Source of the DNA: Dicyema japonicum
Lineage: Eukaryota > Animalia > Dicyemida
Direction: 5' to 3'
Length of the DNA stretch: 64,000 nucleotides
NCBI GenBank assembly: GCA_011109175.1
Contig: RDEW01000095.1
Span: 1 to 64,000 of the forward strand
Part shown: piece after piece, positions 24,761 to 37,316 of the stretch
How the letters are laid out: each line of letters opens with the position of its first letter
Position numbering within the stretch: the first letter of the stretch is position 1
The notes under the pieces: generated by a model
Database searches by the model: none
What the model was told of the DNA's origin: nothing
Seen by the model: only the letters and a program-made list of their open reading frames with translations
Program-made: the position numbers and the translations under genes

Positions 24761-25489
24761 TATTTTTTAATGTAATTTCTCTGAGGTGCCTTTTTAGAAA
24801 ATCAAAGACTAAGCCCGTTCAATGACTCTTGCACAGTTCGTGTCGCCTTCTCAGGCCTTCAATGTTTCGATGCGACTATGAGGTCGTCAGGGTAAGAAAA
24901 ATAATAACGTTTTGGTAATCTGGAGTGGGAATATCGCTAAGAAATTGACTAGGATAACGAGATTTTTGTGGATCTTCATTTGATAGGTGTGGCTCGATTT
25001 TGACGCTTGGTCAGTTGAGATCAGTTTTTCTAGCACAAATAAAAGCGAGCAGATAAGGGAGATCGATCGACAGTAGAAACAAGTGGGTGATTTGTTTTAC
25101 TTAAAAATGTGGCAATCAAAGATTTTTTCAAAAATGAAAAATTACTTTTTGTGACCTATAAATTGAGATTTTGGTCATTTCCGACATGCAGATGGTTCGA
25201 AATGTTTAGTTTGCAAATAAGAGGTGTTATCTGATCCTCGGACAGTTCTTCCATATTATCGAAATTCAGTTTTCCGTTGGGACGAGGCGATAACATTATC
25301 AACATTTCTTCCGAAAGTTGAGTTACTCTCAGAATTTTTACTTTATAAAAAGTATTTGTTTTCCGTTAACGATTAAACTTTAACTTTTTTAAATTTCCTT
25401 GCGAATAAAGTTGTAAAGTAAAGTTAACGATTAAAGATGGGGAGAGGTGAACATCTTTACAGGAAGTTTGATCCGTCACGAAATCTTAT

Positions 25490-25700
25490 AAATATTTAGT
25501 TCATTAGGGAGTTTTAGTTCATTAGTTAGTTTAAAGAGACTCCCGCGTTATCCGTAAGGATATGAATACTTAGGGTTCCGCTCTTTTGCTATCCGACCTA
25601 CTAGTTTTCTCAATGCAACTTTTTCCTGGCATGCTTTCTCAACTTCATCGAGGTCGTACCGCTGTTCTCATTTTTCTACACCAATGAACATAAATAAACC
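25490..25700 (-). mobile_element. LINE 3' end (family shared with 59990-60140)
   Basis: Reverse complement GAACCCTAAGTATTCATATCC..GCGGGAG..TTAACTAACTA matches 60085-60140. Confidence 0.55.
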
Positions 25701-25959
25701 AAAGTTGAAACCACGTTTTTTATGTGAGATTCAAAATGTGGCTAAATTCAAGTTACTTTCAATTATTTTGACGAGGAGATTTAGTAATCATCAATGTCAA
25801 TTTGTCAGCATTCTAAGATAACGGACATTTAGCAATTACTATGCCTTAGGGTAATTGTATAATTGAAGATTAGATCCATCATTATTGCTCTGTTATCAAA
25901 ACCACGTGACTCGAATAATGTTAATAATTCAAAGTAAACAATTATATCTTATAAAGACA

Positions 25960-26190
25960 AGATATGGTTCCGGACTCGAATCCCGCTGCTATCCATTTCG
26001 ATCGATGACTCTGAGATTGACAAATGGCACCGTCATGATTGATTCTTCACTGCGGAACCGAATTGCTTCAGGGAATCACACGCAAGCAAAAAAGAAAAGA
26101 ACAAAAAGTTAAGAACCCCTTTGATACCTGGAATTAATTAGCATAACTGTTCTTTACTTGTAAAATAGTGTGAGTTAGCCTAAGTTGAGA
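25960..26190 (+). mobile_element. Diverged SINE family A copy
   Basis: CCGTCATGA..TCACTGCGGAACC..AAAAAAGAAAAG..CATAACTGTTCTTTACTT. Confidence 0.7.
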
Positions 26191-26808
26191 TGAGTCCTGG
26201 AAACAACATTCTCCTCAGCGGAGGGACTGTATTATTATTAGACGAGACAACTTTCAAGTCTCAATCAGTCTCTCTGACTGATGTTGTGAACTTACTTTAA
26301 AATCAAAACCAAACAGTATAAAGAAGAACAATTATGGTAGTTCATCTGAACCTCCACCATTGGAATAATTTTCCTACTCGGTCATCGTGTTTTTCATTTA
26401 TTGAAGGAAACCCTTTGTGTAATAAATTAATCTTTGAAAATACTGCACCTGTCCTATTGATTAATACTAATGCATTTTCATTAGACTGACAAATAAACTG
26501 TAAAATCAATAAGTTATAATATTTTCAGTTTAATTAGCTTTTTTGTTTTATTTACTTTAAAATACAAGTCTGAAGCATCCTTCACTGGTCAACATCAATT
26601 AATGAGTGACCTATATTTACTTCAAACTGGTTACTGACAAAATCAAAATTATATAAGTTTGTGAGAAATTACAACAGTTGCCACTTGAGTAATAAGTATA
26701 TAAGGCAAATAGATGTGAATTCACAGGCGACGGTAATTATTGAGTTTTACCAACGGCATTATAAATAACGAAAATAAAACTCAAAGTCGACGTTTAATTA
26801 AAAAAATA

Positions 26809-27919
26809 ATGGACGACGGAGTTTTTATGACTGAAAATTACAACATAACAATTCCATCAAAATCTCCTAAAAATGGTACATTTATCGAATATTTTCCTTG
26901 TTGGCTCAAACTGTGTTGACATTTTAATTTATGATTTTTGTCTATCAATAATTACTAAAATGCATGATAAACAGTAAAAATGATCTCATTATTATTAAAA
27001 AAATTCATTATCCTCATTTAATTGATTGCTTTAGATAAGATTGAGTCAATCTGTCATCACTGTAAAACTCCAATAACACAAAATTCAATGGTAATGATCG
27101 AGGACAGTGGAAATAAAATTATGTGGCACGAGGATTGTTTCAACTGTGATTCATGTAGTCTCAATTTGGCATTCCACGATACTTGCCTGTTTAAGGATAA
27201 AAGCAAGCTTTACTGTGAGGAAGACTATATAAAGTTTGTTCATTTTTAATCACAAGATCACTCGACTTTTCTTGCAAAAACTGTGGAAGTATAATAAACA
27301 AATGTGACTATGCCATCAAATATGATGACTATTTTTACCACGAGGACTGTTTTGTGTGCAAAATATGTCTTTACAAGCCGAATGTCGGGGAAAGGTTCTA
27401 CTTTCGTGGTGGGGATTTATTATGTCCGGAACATTCAAAGATGACTGACTGCTCTAAAAATTATATGAAACAATTAGAAAGTATTTTATTAACTATTCCT
27501 ATCATTATTTGAATTATGTAAACTTTGTAGCAATCAGTTGTGGAGTCGATCACATTTTCAAGCAGGATGACTTTAATCTGACCAAAAACAAGGAAAACGA
27601 CAGAAGGACGAGAAATAGAAAACACAAGTCATCACGTGTTAGAACTGTTCTAACAGAGGCTCAATTAGAAGCCCTAAATAACTACTATGACGCAAATCCC
27701 CGACCAGATGCCGTGATGAAGGAACGATTGGTAGAACTAACAGGACTCAATCCAAGAGTCATTCGTGTGTGGTTTCAAAATAAACGTTGTAAAGAAAAGA
27801 AAACTCAAACCTATGACGATGGCAAACAACCTCAGTTCTTTCATGGAAACTGGAATCCTCACTTTGCAGCCTTTGGAAGTCGATTTAGAACAAGTTCCAA
27901 TAACTCATTCCATAGCTAA
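26809..27919 (+). CDS. ISL1: Islet-class LIM-homeodomain transcription factor; introns of 159, 23 and 50 nt
   Basis: Two LIM domains ([19 protein letters not shown]; [19 protein letters not shown]) and homeodomain [47 protein letters not shown]. Confidence 0.93.
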
Positions 27920-28099
27920 GTGATTTTCGTATCTTAAATTGATTTATAATTGATCCATGTTGTAGTATTTTGACATATTTTGTCACTAATGGAATGTAAT
28001 TAATTATTTGTGAGATAGTGTATATTTTTCTGCTAGGCACTACTAAAATGGTTTTATTTTGGGGGGTCTAATCAACACATGAGCTTGGAAGGACCTCTT

Positions 28100-29100
28100 C
28101 CTTTTAACAGTTGTCTTACATAAAGTTCCACGTCCTTCCAATATAGCGTGTTACCGACATTTTTATGTTCCTCATGACACAGCTCTGTCAAATGAATCTA
28201 AGGCAGTAAGAGACTAGTTTTCTCTGCTGAGATGATCAAAGCCTGGAGACACGCCATTGGTGTGTTCTTCAAAAAGCCGTTTTTTTGACAACTTGTAGCA
28301 GTTTTTTGTATACTATTTTCTCCATGATTTTTTGTCATAGTGCTGGTCAATCTTATGGAACGGTACCTCTTCAGGACCAGAGCCACCATATCCACTAAAT
28401 TTAAGTTAGCTTTTCAACGTTGGTTGTTTAGTCTGTTTATCTGCCTCCTGTTAACATCATGTCTTCTAATAGAGGTCGTGGTTTTTCCGGCCATTGGAAA
28501 GCCATCATAACTTGCTCCGTGGCTGGTAGACCTGCAGTTAATACATGCCCTTCCGTTGGCCGATGACGAGCAGTTTGGAAGACTCTGTGGTCTTCCAGAC
28601 TTCTCTTTATTCCGCTACAATCTCTTGGGAAGTGTCGAACAGCAGTTTTCTTGCTCATTTACTGGTAGAGGACTCCTAATAATTATGAGGAGAGATATTA
28701 TATTCGCAGATATCTTTAATGTGTCTTTTTTCTGTGAAGGGATAATGTCCTGGAACACATTTCAAATCTTTTTAGGAGGCGATAAAAATTATCAATATAA
28801 TTTCATAATGCGAATTTCCTCAAGTAATCGTTGCACGCGGGTACCCCAACGAACACTGCTGGAGATTTGAAAAGGAAGAAGTAACGCGGCATTAGGGATC
28901 GATTCGCTTTCCAGCCGATCTCCGTTGAGACGTCTGGCGTTATTGTCCCGATCACGTCTGAGTTTATCAGGCTAATAAAGCGGCTTGCAGGACTGAGGAT
29001 GGGTGAGCCTAGAATAACGCGATGACTCTTCCAGAACATTGAACTCGTGATCATGAAAGGTAACTCCCATTATGAGCTCAACACCTGCAGACATAACAGA
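28100..29100 (-). mobile_element. LINE ORF1 (gag-like zinc knuckle) remnant
   Basis: Minus strand contains ACINCRSTSHGASY and RHFPRDC knuckle-like segments; heavily decayed. Confidence 0.45.
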
Positions 29101-29858
29101 CCTTATCATTACAACTAACTTTATTTTATTTATAATAATCATAGAGACAGAGGTTGACACTGATCTCGGGGACTGGGATTATTTAGTATTTTGATTTTTC
29201 TTTGTCTTTCTCAATTTCTCTGGGGTTCTTGTTATATTCAAAGTCATTTTCAATCGAGGCTAGGCGCTTTTTGAAGAACTACGGAAGAAAGCAACAGTCA
29301 TCAGAGGTTAGAGAAAACAGTTCCAGTCAAAAATAAGCATTACGAGATTGTATTGTCGCATCTTATTGATTTACTCATCACCATATCGGGGAAGAACTTA
29401 TAATGCCATCAATTCAACAAAAGTCTACAATAGCAATCACCAATGTCCTCGGAATATTGTGAAGTCTATTTCAATCAACAATACAGGGACGAATCCATTA
29501 TATGACATTCAACGAGGAAAATAATCGAAAAAAACGGAATTACAACTAAATGAGTCAATACTTCTTTAAATTAATCCTTACATATCTTCGTTTCGTCAAA
29601 GATAGATTATGGAGGTATTTTTTTAATTTTGTTAAAAGGGACGATGATGAAAAAGTTTGGGAGCCCTTGTCTATATTCTTCCTTTGATGTCGTAGCCGAC
29701 CTCTTATAGTCCCAATCTATTGAGATTTTTTCCTTCAGACGAAAAGGTTTTTTCAACTCTCCTTTCAGAGGAGTTTAATGGCCGAGGTTTCCTGCGTTTT
29801 TGAAAGAACAAACTTTATTACCAAAAAATACAAAAATGGTATTTTTGTTAATGCTTTT

Positions 29859-31869
29859 TGTAACACAAGTCATGACGTAGTTTGAACTCCCCTCACGTGA
29901 TATACGTCATTTTATATTTTATTTCACGCTGCTATGTAAGAGTCAAGAATTGCATTTCTCCTTAAGAAGTTTGCCATTCTCTTCTCTGCGACTTCTCCGA
30001 TCAAGATTAATGGCTATCCTTTTATCATCTTGTGTCTCGTCGAGTTGACTGGGCAGAGCAATCTTGACCCTGCTCTTCTCGACTTTTCCAGAAGCGAGAT
30101 GATATGTTTATTGTCTCTAGTGAAGTACCACTCATAAAGTCCATCATCTTTATATATCAGAGATCTTTTATTTGGTGACCTAGGAGACGGGAAATTTGTA
30201 TATCCACTACTGTATAAACTGTAGTTTCCAAGTGCTCATATAATGGACTTTTTTTCGTTGTTTGATTGTAGTCACAGTCCATTCGTAGAATAACTCTGTC
30301 TCCTATATTCAGCGATTCTTCATCATTTTTTCCATCTTTTCTTTAGCATTTTTTCTGCAGCTACCATAGTATGCCTTCGTGCAGAATCCCGTGACAAAGA
30401 TAGATCTTCATCTTCTTCATACTTTAGTGATCTATTTAAGCGTTCATCAGATATTTGTGGCGGATAATCCACTCAATTAAAAATCTTGAAAGGAGCAAGT
30501 TTGGTGGTCTCGTGATTGGTAATATTGTAACTGAATACAATATCTCCTAGACTGGATTGATATTTTCACAGAGTTCCATCAGTAGAACAAACGGATGATA
30601 ACCATTTTTGAGAGATTGATTACATGATACCTCTCTACATGGCCTTGAACCCACGGTGCTCTTGGTCGTTCAAAATATGTTTAACATTTAGCCTGTTACA
30701 AACTTCTTTAAGAAAAGAGTTTCTGAACTCCAAACCATTGTCTGTTTGAAGTATAATAGGTGGTCCATGGGTGCAAAAAAATTTCTGGAAAATCAGAAAT
30801 TTTTTCAGCTGTTATAGTTTTAGCCATATCGACCATAACAAATTTCGAAAAAGAATCAACCATTGCAAAAATCTAAATGTAAACTGAAGAGATATTACCC
30901 AAGAATATCCGTTATTCAATCTGGAATATCTTCTCAGATCCATCAAATCAGCAATATACCTATCACGCGGATATTCCACAATGATAGCAGTAATTGGAGG
31001 CTTAGTCTCAGTAAGTCTTTTGGTAGACACATTACTTTAGTGCATCTGCAACTTCTACACGAGTTAAATTGTAGATCTTTTTTCTTAGCAAACTAAATAA
31101 ACGATCTCTCCCCATATGTTGCAAAATTGTGTTCACTCTAATGACTAACAGGCAAAAATACTATTATCAATTGTTGTTTCAGTTTTGCTTATTCCTCACA
31201 AAAAATCGCTGAAATAAATTGTTGCCCTAATCCTATTATAATCGAATTACTCTGTAATAGACTATATCGTCCTAGCATGGTGCTAGTCTCCAAATGCGCT
31301 GTTTACTCTTTCTTGAAAGCAACGCATCAAGATATCCATTTTCAAGATATTCGATTATCTGACGCAACTCATCCATCTTCAACTTTAACCTTAAAACCAT
31401 GTGAAGAAATAAAATAATTTATAAAATATTAATAAACTTTTTTTGTTAATTAAGTATAATAACGAGTGACGCCGTCATCAGTGAATACTCACTGCGGAAC
31501 TGGATTGTCTAGAAAGGACACTCACACAAGAAAAAGAAAAAAAAGAAGTGAAGATCATTCCTTGGTTCTACGATTAGTTAAAATTAACTGTTCTTTACTT
31601 AAATAAAATGTGTGTCCTGCCTATGCGGAGCTATAAAATACTATGGCTCTCGTGAAAAGGCTTTATTATTATTATTATTATTATTAAGTATAATAAAATA
31701 TCATTAAAATGACACTCTATTCATATTGACTGGTTTTTTGCCACTTTATGTTTTTAAAATATTAACGATTTTAATTAAAAATTTCACCATTAAACTCAGA
31801 AAAATCTGAATTATCCAGTGAACTAATTTTTATCTTGATTGGTTTGGAGTTCCACGTACGACGGTGACA
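29859..31869 (-). mobile_element. Ginger-type (Gypsy-integrase-related) DNA transposon, decayed, with two micro-introns in the transposase
   Basis: ATG at 31400; EH..HMGRDR..C zinc module, YIADLMD, VDSFSKF, QTDNG, QGHVER, YN..HETTKLAPF, LNIGDRVILR; GT-AG introns at 31138-31161 and 30873-30898; degenerate TGT...ACA ends. Confidence 0.75.
31463..31683 (+). mobile_element. 5'-truncated SINE family A copy with 13-bp target-site duplication
   Basis: TTAAGTATAATAA at 31450-31462 and 31684-31696; (TTA)n tail. Confidence 0.85.
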
Positions 31870-31987
31870 GTTTAATTAATTATTTAGAAGTAGATAAAAT
31901 TAGGTGATCGGGCGCTAGCTTAACGGATCCCCCTTTGGTTCTCCTCTCTTTGCTACCATACTTATGATTGTCAAATCTTCAGACTTA

Positions 31988-34900
31988 CATTGAATATGTT
32001 CCTGAGGATTTTTAATGAGATTTTTGGATCTGGTTTTGACGCAATCATGACCCGATGTTTTATTCTTTACGACTCGCATGGACATTTAACTTCTGCCAAA
32101 GAAATATACATGGTAGTCGTTTCCCCCGATAAAGATTCAATCAAGGCTCATTAGTGATATCACCTTTATCATCCACTTCAAATATCTTTTAAGTTGTGGC
32201 AGTTAGAAAAGACAAGAGCAACTGTAAAGCTTGCGATGAAGAAAGAGATGAATAAGGAGTTCACCAGCAAAGAAAAACGGGCTGATAGAGAAGAATGGTT
32301 AGGAGTCATAGCCGTATGGTAAAAATTCTGGCAATTAACCATCTCCCTTAACTACCCCCTATGTCAACCCTTTATTAAATAATAAAAATGCCCCATTAGA
32401 GATGGTTCTAGGTGTTTTAGTGTGCAAATAAAAATGACATCTGATCCTAAGACAGATCCTCATATTTCTGATGGTGGTTCGTTGATCCGAAAATTATTTT
32501 ATAAACATTTTTCTTTTTCTCTTCAGCTTGTGCGATGGTTCAATTATTTAACCAGCCATTGTGGCTAATATTCACGAAAACTTATTAAGCGGGATTTAGG
32601 CCTGGGAGTCGGATAAAACTTCTTGAGCATTTTAGAGCATTTTATTGATTTTTAAATGTTCTAGTCTGGATAATTATAATTATTACTGTCATAGTAACAA
32701 ATGGTACTAATTAAGTTCTTATATGTACCACACGTAAAATTATTTTTTTCGCTGTTCTTCAAGAATTGTCGATTGCAGGTCATATTTCTAAGAATATCGA
32801 CTTTGCTTCCAGTTTTTAGTTGATTTTTCAAAAATTTTTTTATTTATATTTTTAAATGACAAAAATACTTAATACTAAAGGAATTTTAGAACTGGATTGG
32901 CTTCAAGTGTCGATAGTTTATAATAGTGAGTTATTTTTAAGTTAGTCAATCGTTAACCAAAAAAGGCTTTCTCCGCTGAACGCATGACATCAGATCGACT
33001 GTGGTGGGTTTGAATCCAAAAGATGGACTTTTCAACGAAGATGAATTCTTGTCAACTGGATCTTACCTTCGTGGCGGCGGTCCATCTGGCACGATACATT
33101 TGTTGAAGTGGGTCTTCCTACCTTCTCCCGGACCAACATAGCTGGTTAAGATTTCCATTATGGAATTCTTATTTTTCTCTCAATATTTTATTCAAAAACA
33201 GAAACAAAAATATTAGTAACAAATTAAAGTGATATTAGGCACATTGCCTCGTACAATGGATATTTCCATGTGCTGTAGAAACCATCTCCTTTTGCAAGGG
33301 TCTCTTAAAAATAAAAGCGGACAAGATTGAATATGGCATTTCATTTTACTTTCTTGGCCTCGGCAAAGCGTCCCTCCACGAGAAAGTAAAGGCTGCTACG
33401 ATTCATAACTTCGGACTTTTTTAACCTCAAGTCTTTTTGAGATTTATTTGAACGCACATTTCTGATTATCCAAGTAAGGATAATTGAGGATGTATTTTGT
33501 TGTAACAGGATATTCTATTAGGTACGTCTGTTCACTTCAACTTCTTGGGTGATAGGATTATCCATCAATTCGTATTCAGAAACACCTTCAGTAGCATAAG
33601 AAGAGATAATATTCTTAGACTTGTTATCAATACTATTGACAATCTTCTAATCTTTTCTATGAATTAAATCCATTTATCTATGGACTCGTCGAAAATAATT
33701 TGAAAAAAACTAAAAAAACCAATTTAAAAAAATAATGGCTACTTGGATTTCAATTTAACGAGTTCCGGGAAAGAGGCCTGATAGTTCGAAATCTCGCTGC
33801 TGTATATTCCGACTAGAAGTTCTACGCATCTACGATGCTTTGGGTTGACTAGTGACGCCGTCATCAGTGAACATCTCACTGCTGAACCAGATCGTCTATA
33901 AAAGGACTAACGCGCTGCAAAAAGAAAAAAGAAATGAAGGGCATTCCTCGGTTCTTTTTCTACGATTAGTTATCATAACTGTTCTTTACTTAAATAAAGT
34001 GTGCGTCCTGGCTGGGAGTGCAATATTAAAGTAAATGTCCAGCGCAGTATTAATATGGCTCTTTGTAAAGTGCAGTATTATTATAGCGATAAAGTGTCAT
34101 TAAAATAAGAAAGTGAAATTTAAACAAAAAATTTTTATTATTTTTACTTAAAACAACCAATGTCTTTAACTAAGTTTGATCACTCCCATTTTGAGCCTGT
34201 TCAAGACAAAGTCCTTCGTCGAGTTTGTTTCTCTTCTAAGCGATTTTACGTCCGATATTAGAGACTTAATCGCAATAGGCATGAAATGATAGTTTTCCTG
34301 AAAGGTTTCGTATTTTTACTGTTAGTTTACAGGGGAAATATATTAAGATCAATTCTTTTAAACTACTTACTCTAAAGTGATTTGTAATTTTCATGGGAGT
34401 TTGTGCTCGTGGAAAGAACTGTTTATATTTGTAACAAACAGACCCAACCTCTCTCCCTCGCCAAACAACTACTAATTAATTTGCTTGGTAGTAGCTAACG
34501 GACGAACATTAAACTACCGTTCTCAGATTTCTAAATAATAAGTGANCATTGAATATGTTCCTGAGGATTTTTAATGAGATTTTCAGATCTGGTTTTGACG
34601 CAATCATGACCCGATGTTTTATTCTTTACGACTCGCATGCACATTTAACTTCTGCCAAAGAAATCTACATGGTAGTCGTTTACCCCGATAAAGATTCAAT
34701 CAAGGCTCATTAGTGATATCACCTTTATCATCCACTTCAAATATCTTTTAAGTTGTGGCAGTTAGAAAAGACAAGTAGAAAAGACAAGAGCAACTATAAA
34801 GCTTGCGCTGAAGAAAGAGATGAATAAGGAGTTCACCAGCAAAGAAAAACGGCCTGATAGAGGAGACCGGTTAGGAGTCAAAGCCGTATGATAGGAATTG

Positions 34901-36750
34901 TGGTAATTAACCATCTCCCTTAACTAACCCCTATGTTAACCCTTTATTAAATAATAAAAATGCCCCATTAGAGATGGTTCTAGGTGTTTTAGTGTGCAAA
35001 TAAAAATGACATCTGATCCTAAGACAGATCCTCATATTTCTGATGGTGGTTCGTTGATCCGAAAATTATTTTATAAACATTTTTCTTTTTCTCTTCAGCT
35101 TGTGCGATGGTTCAATTATTTAACCAGCCATTGTGGCTAATATTCACGAAAACTTATTAAGCGGGATTTAGGCCTGGGAGTCGGATAAAACTTCTTGAGC
35201 ATTTTAGAGCATTTTATTGATTTTTAAATGTTCTAGTCTGGATAATTATAATTATTACTGTCATAGTAACAAATGGTACTAATTAAGTTCTTATATGTAC
35301 CACACGTAAAATTATTTTTTTCGCTGTTCTTCAAGAATTGTCGATTGCAGGTCATATTTCTAAGAATATCGACTTTGCTTCCAGTTTTTAGTTGATTTTT
35401 CAAAAATTTTTTTATTTATATTTTTAAATGACAAAAATACTTAATACTAAAGGAATTTTAGAACTGGATTGGCTTCAAGTGTCGATAGTTTATAATAGTG
35501 AGTTATTTTTAAGTTAGTCAATCGTTAACCAAAAAAGGCTTTCTCCGCTGAACGCATGACATCGGATCGACTGTGGTGGGTTTGAATCCAAAAGATGGAC
35601 TTTTCAACGAAGATGAATTCTTGTCAACTGGATCTTACTTTCGTGGCGGCGGTCCATCTGGCACGATACATTTGTTGAAGTGGGTCTTCCTACCTTCTCC
35701 CGGACCAACTTAGCTGGTTAAGATTTCCATTATAGAATTCTTATTTTTCTCCTCGATATTTTATTCGAAAACAGAAACAAATATATTAGTAACAAATTAA
35801 AGTGATATTAGGCACATTGCCTCGTACAATGGATATTTCCATGTGCTGTAGAAACCATCTCCTTTTGCAAGGGTCTCTTAAAAATAAAAGCGGACAAGAT
35901 TGAATATGGCATTTCATTTTACTTTCTTGGCCTCGGCAAAGCGTCCCTCCACGAGAAAGTAAAGGCTGCTACGATTCATAACTTTGGACTTTTTTAACCC
36001 CAAGTCTTTTTGAGATTTATTTGAACGCACATTTCTGATTATCCAAGTAAGGATAATTGAGGATGATTTTGTTGTAACAGGATATTCTATTAGGTACGTC
36101 TGTTCACTTCAACTTCTTGGGTGATAGGATTATCCATCAATTCGTATTCAGAAACACCTTCAGTAGCATAAGAAGAGATAATATTCTCAGACTTGATATC
36201 AATACTATTGACAATCTTCTAATCTTTTCTATGTATTAAATCCATTTATCTATGGACTCGTCGAAAATAATTTGAAAAAAACTAAAAAAACCAATTTAAA
36301 AAAATAATGGCTACTTGGATTTCAATTTAACGAGTTCCGGGAAAGAGGCCTGATAGTTCGAAATCTCGCTGCTGTATATTCCGACTAGAAGTTCTACGCA
36401 TCTACGATGCTTTGGGTTGACTAGTGACGCCGTAATCAGTGAACATCTCACTGCTGAACCAGATCGTCTATAAAAGGACTAACGCGCTGCAAAAAGAAAA
36501 AAGAAATGAAGGGCATTTCTCGGTTCTTTTTCTACGATTAGTTATCATAACTGTTCTTTACTTAAATAAAGTGTGCGTCCTGGCTGGGAGTGCAATATTA
36601 AAGTAAATGTCCAGCGGTATTAATATGGCTCTTCGTAAAGTGCAGTATTATTATTACTCTCTCCCTCGCCAAACAACTACTAATTAATTTGCTTGGTAGT
36701 AGCTAACGGACGAACACCAAACTACCGTTCTCAGATTTCTAAATAATAAG
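31988..36750. repeat. ~2.1-kb near-identical duplication (31988-34084 vs 34547-36655, plus 34450-34545 vs 36657-36750) joined at N 34546; likely two haplotypes
   Basis: Scattered substitutions and small indels only; the N marks the junction. Confidence 0.9.
33762..34084 (+). mobile_element. SINE family A copy (duplicated at 36330-36655)
   Basis: B-box-like GTTCGAAATC, core GTGACGCCGTCATCAGTGAACATCTCACTGC, TAT tail. Confidence 0.8.
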
Positions 36751-37316
36751 TGATTTATGACAATATCTTAACGTCACTTCCAAGACAGCCCGAGGGCCAC
36801 CCAGTGTATGAGACTCCAATAGTTAACGGAGATAAGGTCTTTTTGTCGTTATGCAAGACAACGTCATCTCTTAGACAAAGATCGAACAAGGAGAGACTCA
36901 TGGAAGCGCCCAGCGCTCGAGTATCAACGTCCTTCTATTAGTTAGTAAGCCCAGGAAATTAACTAACTATTCTAAAGTACAAAGCTATTAGATATTCACA
37001 TACATCTAGCATAATAGATAGTATTTTTATTTGCAAGCAAAATTAATAAAACTCAATGATATGTGATTATTGCTTAACATTAATTTGCACACAACAACAC
37101 AGCACTTTTTGCGAGAGCCATGATACTTATAGCTCCACAAAGGTAGGGAGCACAATTTTCCTTGCAGACGATCCGATTCCGCAGTGAACTATTCCTCAAC
37201 AAAAAATCGCTAAAACAATCAGAAAAAACAAAAATTCATAAAAATGGTTAATTTAATATTAATATTCACTATATTTTTTTTAAATATAATTTAAAATTTC
37301 AAAATAAGTTAAAGTG

